A DNA stretch of 64,000 bases from assembly GCF_009914755.1 (NCBI RefSeq), contig NC_060943.1. One strand, 5' to 3'. The stretch comes from the human T2T-CHM13v2.0 reference genome, Homo sapiens. The translations under genes and the position numbers were made by a program. This document shows, one piece after another, positions 44,486 to 64,000 of this stretch. Under the pieces are notes generated by a model. It did no database searches and was not told the origin of the DNA. It worked only from the letters and a program-made list of their open reading frames with translations. The first letter of the stretch is position 1. The number at the start of each line of letters is the position of its first letter.

Positions 44486-44640
44486 AACCTGGCATGACCA
44501 GCCGGGGGAAGGCGGCCAGAGGGGTCTGGGGGGGTGCTGGCTGCTCTCTGAGCCTCAGTTTCCACTTCTACAGGATGGGATCGTGCTCCCACAATAGCAG
44601 ATTGGCAAAGGGGCTGGAAAACAGCTAATAATAACAACTT

Positions 44641-47480
<2,840 letters not shown>

Positions 47481-47859
47481 CTAGGTGTGGATGACCTCCA
47501 GCCCTGTGGGACCAGAATGGGGTGGGAGAGGGAGACCCGGAGCTGAGGAGGACCCGGAGGGTACCTCGGAAGCTCTGCCTGGGATCGGGGAGGGCTCCTG
47601 AAGGAGGCGGCTTTGAGGATACAGAGGACAGCCAGCTGACAAGACAGAGAGGGTGCATGTGCAAAGGCCTTGAGACACCAGCAGAGTAAAAGCCAGTTTG
47701 CCTGGAGCAGGGTGCATGGTGCGTGGAAGAGCCTGGGAGACCAGGTGGAGACGGGGACAGGGCGGGGATTTGTGCTTTCCGGAGAAGTGGAGAAGCCATG
47801 GGGGCTTCTGGCAGGTGGAGATGGGCAACGATGCAGTTCGTATAAAAATATAAAAATTA

Positions 47860-49635
<1,776 letters not shown>

Positions 49636-50101
49636 AGACAGTTGGCATTTCTTTCTGGAGCCGCCTGGTAGGAAGGAGGAGGTTGGCAGTTTGAGGACAA
49701 TTTTGCATGAGTTTGGAAATTGGTGGTCTGGGGGAGGCTGAGGCCGGATTCCCTGTAAGCCTTCTAGAGGCAGCCGGACCCGAGTTCAGACCCTCTGTGG
49801 GCCTTGGGCAAGCTGCTTGGCTTCTCAGAGCCTCAGTTTCCCCATCTGTGAGACAGGTGATTTGCAGCGAGGGTGAAATGAGGTGGAGTTCCAAAGCAGC
49901 AAGTCAGAGGCTGGGTGGCAAGAACGAAATATACTCCGTGTCAAAGGAACCACTGCTGCAGTCCACACCCCCGCCCTGCTAGACCCTCAGCTCCTGCAGG
50001 GAGAGGCCGGCTGACTGCGTTCTGTGTCGCTTCTCCAGAGCCTGGATGTGGAAGGGAGGGAGGGAGGTCGCAAATGTCCCCTTCCATCTAGGGGACCTGG
50101 C

Positions 50102-50345
50102 GTCACGCCCCATGAGAAAGCCGGCCACAGCAGGCCACGCCCAAACACAGGCCACGCCCACACAAGGTAGCGCCCCTCCACCAAAGCCACGCCCACCTGC
50201 CCCGCCCCTCGTCAGTTGCCTCCACATGAGGCCACGCCGCACCCACTCGGTTCCCCTCTCTGAACTCATGGGAATGACCCAAGCAGGTCTTGTCTTTGCG
50301 CCTCAGTTTCTCCAACACGGAAGTGGCCACAGCTGATTTCCGTGC
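50102..50345. promoter_or_regulatory. KLF/SP plus ETS motif cluster
   Basis: GCCACGCCC at 50134, 50151 and 50186; CCCCGCCCC at 50200; CGGAAGTG at 50318; CAGCTG at 50330. Confidence 0.55.
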
Positions 50346-51449
50346 CTCTGTCTGAGCTGGGAAACGACCCTCACCGGCTTGGAGGAAGCCTTGGTCCCCA
50401 GCCCGGCCCCCATCTCCGCGCCGGCTTGCACTCCCCAGGGACGGGGAGCTCACCCCCTCCCAGAGCCCTGGAGTGGAGGTTTGATGCCTGTCAGGCTGGG
50501 GCCCGGGGATGGGTCTGGGGGAGGCACTTCTGAGAAAAGGTGGAAACGGTTCTCAGAAACCCCGAAACCCTGAGGGACTCTTTTCCTTCTCAGAAATGCT
50601 CCCCCCGCCCCAGACTCGGGAAAACGCCTGTTCGAGAAAGCTGGGCTGGCTGTGGGCAAGAGGCTTGGACCGGCCCCTGTGGAGCCCCTGCTCCAGGCTG
50701 CTGGGAATGTCCCCCTTCTCCAGCTGTGACCTCCACCCCAGGCAAGTGTTTCCTGCCACCTGCCTGTCCCCAAGGGGTCCCCATGTTCCCCGCCTGCTGC
50801 CGTCCACCTGCCGTGTCCTCTGTCCCTCCCCACACGGGGCAGGGGGCCACTGTGACCTGAAGCCCGTCCTCCCCACCAGCTTGGCCATGCTAGACACAGG
50901 GGCCTCCCCAGAGTGTATCCTCCCCAAAACAGCCCAGGAACACACCACACCCCACCCCCGAATTTGCAGCCCTGGGGCGGGCTGTGGACTCACCAGCTGA
51001 TGGCGGCCCCTGACGGTGGTCTCAGCCAGGGCCCTGCCGGGAAGAGAGAGACTCATCCTCAGTCAGGTGTTAATCCACCTGTGCCCCTCACTTGTCCCAG
51101 GTGCCCATGAGAAGGAAGGGGGCCGTGGGCAGCTGATGGCCAAAATGCAGGGGAGCCCCAGTGTCAGGGAGGGACACAGCACCTGCCCCGAAAATCCAGG
51201 CAGTCCTTCCGGAAGGAGCCGGAGCCTCTGTGTGTGGAGACGGGTGGGAGGTCCCCAGCCTGGCGCCCGGCTGCCCCTGTGCCTAGGGTGTCCTAGTTCA
51301 GAGGTCCCCACTGTCCCCGCTTTGGGGTCTCCCATAGGGTAACCCCCCCATGAAGGCCCTGCAACCCTCTCCCCTCCCCTGGTGTGTCCCCCCTCCTTCT
51401 GAAATCACTAATGGGTTACCTCCTCTAGCCTCCAAATTTCCCAGCCTCC

Positions 51450-52180
<731 letters not shown>

Positions 52181-52329
52181 TGATCCTCTCGCCTTGGACT
52201 TCCAAAGTGCTGGGATAACAGGCGTGAGCCACCGCGCCCGGCAAGAAGAATCAATTTTCAGAATGTGGGTGTGTCAGACAGATGCAAGCAGAGTCCTGTC
52301 CTCCAGGTGGGGGTGCAGGCTGGGTGCCT

Positions 52330-53036
<707 letters not shown>

Positions 53037-53219
53037 GAGGACACTTCCCTACACAACTCCCCCATTCCTGACCCTACCTTGGAGCTGGGAGATGTTCACA
53101 GCCTCTGAGGCTGCCAGGAACACTGCAAACCCCCAGAGATTAGATGATCTCCAACATATTCCAACGATTTACTTGGCAAGCATTTGTTAAGTGCCTGCTG
53201 TCTACCAGGCCCATCTGGC

Positions 53220-55815
<2,596 letters not shown>

Positions 55816-55889
55816 TGAACTCCTAACCTGGGGTGATCTACCAGCCTTGGCCTCCCAAAGTACAGGCATGAGCCACAGCACCTGGCCAG

Positions 55890-56584
<695 letters not shown>

Positions 56585-56834
56585 TCATGCAGAGAGGACA
56601 GACCAAGGCCCCAGTGGACCCTGGGGGACCCTGTGGCTGTCTTCAGAGCAGCCCCCGAGGTATCAGTGCTCACAGCAACTTGCGGATACAGCCTAGAAGG
56701 CCCCATGCCTCAAAAATTCTTAGAGTCTGAGGAGCTCAAGAGGCTCACATCAGCTTCGGGAAGCTCTGTAGGGCGGCCACCAAGCTGGACTGAGGGATGG
56801 GCGGAAGCAGCTAAGGCCTAAATTGGTGGAGGTT

Positions 56835-57460
<626 letters not shown>

Positions 57461-57889
57461 AGAGAAGGAAGTTGGTGGAGGACATTCCACGCCAAGGAGC
57501 CCATGAGCCCCGGCTGGTGGTGCACGTGGAGCATTTGAAGTCACCACCAGTGACCCGGCCCAGGTGCCTCTGCAGTGGGACGGGAGGCCGGCTTTGGTCC
57601 AGCTCAGACAGAGCTTCAGATGCCCATCAAGGGATGGGGGGCTTTGTTGGGAACCCCATGGTGCCCCCTGGGCCTGCACATGTCGCCCCAGTCCCAAATA
57701 TGCTCCCACCTCTGGGGCCAGGCCACTGAACGCCCTTCAGGACACTGTCCAGGGGCCAGAGTCACCATCTGCTGACCCGGCACCCGAATCTTCCGCCTCA
57801 GACCCTCCTGGCCCTCCGGTTCTCCCTCTGGCTGGCCCTCAGCCCTCCCTGGCACGGACCACGTCTTCCGAGGATGCCCCGGAAGATGC

Positions 57890-58480
57890 ACCGTGGATAA
57901 GGCCATGCGATCAATAGGTCCATCGGCCGCCGGGGGGGCGGAAGCGCGGCTCATCAGGGCGCCTGCTGTCCCCTCCCCACCCTCCAGGAAGGCGGATAAG
58001 GCCCGGGGACCCTCTTAAGGGACGCCTGGCACCCGCCCGCCGCCCGGCACTCCTATCTCCCATGGAAGGACCCAGTTCCTGAATTGCCCCATGGGCCGCG
58101 CCGCAGGCCTGCACCGAAGCTCTTAATAGCCTGGGCCTAATGTTTTATTGTTGGTTTTAAAAGTGTAATTAGTTCAAGTGTAAACAGAAAAAACCTGCTT
58201 AATTAAGAATTTTTAAACAGGGGCATAAAGCGGGAGCGGGAGCATTGACGAACCCCAAGCTGCTTCATAACATCGATCGGAAGAGGCTCCGAGTGGAGGG
58301 CTGGGCGGGGCGGGCGCCGCGGGGGCCTGGGAGCCTCCCCTGGATGCCATTTGCCGCCCGGGTGAGGGCCCCGGGGACCTGCTGGTTTACGATCGGGGTC
58401 TCGGGACCGGTGCCTAATGATTTTTATGCATTAATGGAGATGACAGTTGGCCAAGCAGGCTGTTTAAGAAGCCTTTATGG
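57890..58480. promoter_or_regulatory. Strong candidate developmental enhancer (CNE-like)
   Basis: CpG-rich flanks around an AT-rich core with GTAATTAG, TCAAGTG, TGTAAACA, CTTAATTAAG, ATCGAT, TGATTTTTATGCATTAAT, TGACAG and TTGGCCAAG. Confidence 0.6.
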
Positions 58481-59974
58481 GGGGCTGGGAGCCCAGTCCT
58501 GTGACCCTGGGCTGTCTCGGGGGTGAGAACCCCCGCTGGGAGGGAGGCCCTGGCGCTCCCACCCTCCTGGGGCCGGCTTGCTGGGCGGGGTCCGGGTGTT
58601 GCCCCCTCTCCAAGTGGCACCCACCGAGGGAGTCTCAGCATCACCGTGTCACCTCCCGGCCGATCCGGCCTGTCTCGGAGTCAGGACTTGAATTTCCTTC
58701 GAACTGCAAGGGGCTCTGCCTTCTACTCAGGCCGGGGCGGCCCTGACAGTGGGGCTGGGGGCGTGGGCTGTGCCATGTGCCTGGCATGGGGCCTCATGCC
58801 GGAATGAACCAGAGCCCAGGGTATGCTCAGCCTGGCCCCGGCCGCTGGGGAGGGGAGGGTGGGGCCCTGACCCTTCACCAGGAGGTGGGGAAGACCCCAG
58901 GCGGGGCTTAGGGGCACCCTGTGTTTGGAGATTTGGCTGCTCTAAACGTAGAGAGCCTGGTGGCCCTTGGCACCCATGACCCTGGAGAGCAAGGCCTGGG
59001 GGTCTTGGGGGGCCACAGGCGAGCCCAGGCAGGGGCTCTGCTCCAGCCTCAGTGCCCTGGTCTGTGGCAGGTCTGGGGGTTCCTGCCCTTGTGAGCCCCC
59101 AAGGATGCATACACGGAGGGGGGCTCAGAAGGCACCAGCACGTGGAAGCTGGTGGGGTCCTGCTGTCCGCCTGAGCCTCACAGAGCCGGGGGGTTGCTGG
59201 TCCCGGTCACTTCCCACCCCCATACTGACCCCTATGTGGAGATGGGGGACAGGAGCTGGCCTGGACTTTGGTCCTTGCCTTCCAGGAGGAGCCCAGGCTC
59301 TGGAGTTACTGTCACCGCCTCCCTTGTGGCCGAGACGCGGCCCCATTTGACAGGCGTGGCCACCAAGGCTGGCCCAGGCCCCATGGGGACCCAGGTGTCG
59401 GATCCGACTGTGCCCGGCTTCAAGGCTCCAGCCTGGACCTGGCAGGGAGCCAGAGAGGGCCCAGGCTTGAGGCCCCAGATGGATGCTCTGTTTCCAGAAC
59501 AAAGAGGTGTCAAGACCCACTGTGTGCTGGGGGTCCCACCCCCTGGCCCTGGAACCTGGGGCAGGAAGGATACTCCATGCACACCTTTCAGGGGGTCAGA
59601 GGCTGAGACGGTGCCTGGGGCAGACCCGTGGGTTGGGGTGGGGGTGCCCAGATCTTGACCCCCATCCGTATTCCCAAGGGGCAGAGATGGGACGTGACTC
59701 CTCCTGGCCCCCGCCGCCGGCCCGCAGGTGTTGGGGTCTCTGGGCTGGGTCTCCCGGCGTTGTGGCTGCTGCCGAGGGAGATGAGGCCACCCTGATCCCC
59801 GCCTGCTCCAGCCGCAGCAACCAAGGACGATCGATAGCCGAGGCGGCCGCTGGGGCTTCTCTCCTCTTGCTGTGGGGTGGGGGCTGGGTGCGGGGCAGCC
59901 AGAACTGGGGCCAGAGGTGCAGACGGGCGGGAGCATCTGCAGCCCACCGGTGTCCCTGGCTCCTGCGCGCTCTC

Positions 59975-60425
59975 CGTCTCTCTCTATCTCTCCGTGTCTC
60001 TCTATGTCTCTGTGGGTCTCTGTCTCTCCCTCTTAGTTTCCATTTCTTCTGCCTCTGTCTCTGTGTCTTTTTGTCTCTCTGTCTCTCTGTTTCTGCCTCT
60101 CTCTGATTGTGTCTCTTCCTATCTCTCTATCTCTGTCTTTGACTCTCTGTCTCTCTCTGCCTCTATCTCTGTTTCTGTCTCTCTGTGTCTCTCTCTGTCT
60201 CTATCTCTTCTCTATTTCACTCTCTGCCTCTCTCTGTCTGTGTCTCTGTCTTTTTCTGTCTCTTTCTCTGTCTCTCTGTGTCTCTCTCTGCCTCTATCTT
60301 TCTCTCTGTCTCTGTGTCTGTCTCTGTCTCTCTGTCTCTGCCTCTCTCTCTCTCTGTCTCTATCTCATTCTCTGTCTCTCTGTCTCCCTCTCTCCTCCTC
60401 CCTCTCTCTCTTTGCTCCCCCCTCT
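59975..60425. repeat. TCTCTG-type pyrimidine tract
   Basis: Directly visible. Confidence 0.95.
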
Positions 60426-61215
60426 CCATCACAGAACCCAAAGCAGGACCTGAGATCTCCCCCAGAAGGTGCCCTGGGGAGCCCCCATCACAGCTGAGGA
60501 CGGGCAGACTCAGGATCACCCCCGTGGCTCCTGGCCCCCGCCCGGCCCTGGCCGAGTCTCCTGTCCACCCAGCCTTTGTTCAAGTTTGAACCTTCCCCAC
60601 ACATCAGAGGCTTCAGATTTCCCCGGAGAATCCGATTTGGGCCACTCCGACGCTGCAGCTGCGTCTGTATTCCGGGCGGGTCCCGGCCCCACAGACTTCC
60701 CGCCATGGCCCACTTCCTGGCACGGGTTGGTTGGCCCCTCACCGGCTGTGAGGTGGGGTCCCTCGCCAGTGGGCAGATGAAAGCAGTCTCCCCTCCTTTC
60801 CCCAGCCCCCCGGCCGGAATCCACAGCCTCAGGTGGTGGAAAGAGCACTGTGCGGGGGGAGTCACACCCTCCCAGGTTGGAGTGTCCCTCACAGTGGGAC
60901 CCTGGAGCCTCAGGGCTCTCGTCTGCAAAGTGGGGGTGAGTTTGAGGAAACAACACCATTTCCTGGAGACAGGCAAGGGCCCCTTAACGGCCAAGACACT
61001 TGCAGTACAAGAACTAGGAAACTGGGCTGGGCACGGTCGCTCACACCTGTCATCCCGGCGCTTTGGGAGGCCTAGGTGGGTGGATCACCTGAGGTCAGGA
61101 GTTCGAGACCAGTCTGTTCAAGACCAACCTGGCCAACACGGTGAAACCCCGTCTCTACTAAAAATACAAAAATTAGCTGGGCGTGGTGGTGTGCACCTGT
61201 AATTCCAGCTACTCA

Positions 61216-61356
<141 letters not shown>

Positions 61357-61618
61357 CTAGGAAACTGTACTTAAATGGCAAGAACAATTGAGTGAAGGTG
61401 GGGTGGAAATTCAAATCCAGCTGCAGTATCAGTATTTTCCAAAATGTCTACAATTTTCACTTGTTACCTTGGGCGAGGCACAGTGGCTCTTGTCTATAAA
61501 CCCAGCTACTCAGGAGGTTGAAGCGGGAGGATCGCTTGAGCCTGGAGGTTGAGGCTGCAGTGAGCTGAGATCACACCACCGCATTCCAGTCTGGGCGACA
61601 GACGGAAACCCTGTATCT

Positions 61619-61749
61619 AAAGAGAAGAGAAGAGAAGAGAAGAGAAGAAGAGGAAGAGAAGAGAAGAGAAGAGAAGAGAAGAGAAGAGAAGAGAAGAGAA
61701 GAGAAGAGAAGAGAAGAGAAGAGAAGAGAAGAGAAGAGAAGAGAAGAAG
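61619..61749 (+). repeat. (AAGAG)n pentanucleotide Alu tail
   Basis: About 130 bp, with one interruption near 61648-61653. Confidence 0.96.
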
Positions 61750-61785
61750 ACACCACAGGCCAGGCGCAGTGGCTCATGCGTATAA

Positions 61786-62070
<285 letters not shown>

Positions 62071-62415
62071 TAGAGACGGGGTTTCACCATATTGGCCAGG
62101 CTGGTCTCGAACTCCTGACCTCGGCCTCCCAAAGTGCTGGGATTACAGGCATGAGCCACTGCACCTGGCCGAAAATTTTTTTTAGAAAAGAAAAGGCGCA
62201 ACAATGAGCATCCTTGGACATGAATCTCTTACACTCTCTGAAGTTTTTCTTCAGGACAAATTCATCCTGGAGTTGCTTGTCAAGAGACCATAAAACAAAT
62301 AGTAAGGCTTTTGATACATTTTATCAAATTATCTCTGAAACTTCATAAAATACATATCCTTCCATTGTACATCAGCCTGTTCATTTACTCTCATCCATGC
62401 CAATAATGGGAGTTG

Positions 62416-62868
<453 letters not shown>

Positions 62869-63251
62869 TAGCCAGGATGGTCTCAATCTCCTGACCTCGT
62901 GATCCACTCGCCTCGGCCTTCCGCCCACCTCAGTCTCTCAAAGTGCTGGGATTACAGGCATGAGCCACCGTGCCCAGCCCCAGGAGTTGTTATATTTTAA
63001 AAATCAAGGTATATCATCTAGCAAGTCTACTTCTAGATCTGTGTCCAAAATAGTTGAAAAGAGGTGTTTAAACAAATACATGGCTGGGCACGGTGGCTCA
63101 CACCTGTAATCCCAGCACTTTGGGAGGCTGAGGTGGGCGGATCACAAGGTCAGGAGATTGAGACCATTCAGGCTAACACGGTGAAACCCCATCTGTACTA
63201 AAAATAGAAAAATTAGCCGGGAGTGGTGGCGGGTGCCTGTAGTCCCAGCTA

Positions 63252-63350
<99 letters not shown>

Positions 63351-63429
63351 CTAAATAAATAAATAAATAAATAAATAAACATAAATATATTTGTTTGTAA
63401 ATATCAATATATTAATAAATAATATCAAT

Positions 63430-63847
63430 AAATGGTTGGTGGATGAATGGAAGAGATGGATTGATAGATCAGTGGGTAGGCAGTGTATGGATGAATGGTT
63501 GGATGCGTGTATGGATGAATGATCACAGGAATAGATGGATGAATGGGTGTACAGATGAATGGAAGAATGGATGGACAGATGAATGGACGGATGAATTTAT
63601 GGAAGGTGTATTATAATAGATGATGGATGTATAGATGGAAAAATTGATGATAGGTGGATAGATGAATGAATGGATGGATAGGCGAATGGATGAGTCTATA
63701 GATGGATGATGAATGTATGGTGGCAGTACGGACGGACAGATCAATGGACAGATGGATGGATAGTGAATGTATGGTGGAAGTATGGATGGACAGATCAATG
63801 GACGGATGGATGGGTAGACAGTTGGGTAATAGTGGGTGGATGGATGG
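63430..63847. repeat. Degenerate (GGAT)n tract
   Basis: Directly visible. Confidence 0.92.
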
Positions 63848-64000
63848 TGTCTTAGTCTGTTTGTGTTGCTACAAAGGAATGCCTAAGTCTGGGTAATTAA
63901 TTTTTTTAAAGAAGAGGCTTATTTGGCTCATAGTCCTTTTTTTTTTTTTTTTTTGGAGATGGAGTCTCACTCTGTCGCCCAGGCTGGAGTGCAGTGGCGC
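63848..64000 (-). mobile_element. End of an MST-type MaLR LTR interrupted by an Alu (truncated by the window edge)
   Basis: tgtcttagtctgtttgtgttgctacaaaggaatgcctaagtctgggtaatt resembles the reverse MST terminus; poly-T and Alu from ~63937. Confidence 0.7.

Overview
Human (or closely related primate) genomic DNA, very GC-rich and Alu-dense. The only protein-coding gene I can support is the 5' end of TCF3 (E2A, E12/E47) on the minus strand: non-coding exon 1 (about 11780-11466, in a CpG island), exon 2 (9453-9343, ATG at 9414, [24 protein letters not shown]) and exon 3 (5593-5521, MFPLPVTNGKGRPASLAGAQFGGS-G). From recall this is chr19p13.3, and the remaining ~52 kb is the intergenic interval towards ONECUT3, which lies outside the window. 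Nearly all ORFs in the supplied track come from Alus, microsatellites or GC bias. Main hypotheses: (1) TCF3 exon 1 holds three uAUGs, two in frame with the main ORF, so skipping exon 2 would fuse a uORF peptide to exon 3 and give an E2A lacking the AD1 PCET motif. (2) A divergent CTCF pair at ~31.3-31.7 kb may split the interval into a TCF3 side (E-box cluster, octamer module) and an ONECUT3 side, where five non-repeat sites share a CGATCRATR CUT-class motif. (3) A fold-back inverted duplication lies at 51.45-51.92 kb. (4) A four-layer nested transposon stack contains a THE1 LTR with a DUX4 motif and TCTCGCGAGA. Repeat family names come from recalled consensus sequences, and repeat boundaries are approximate.
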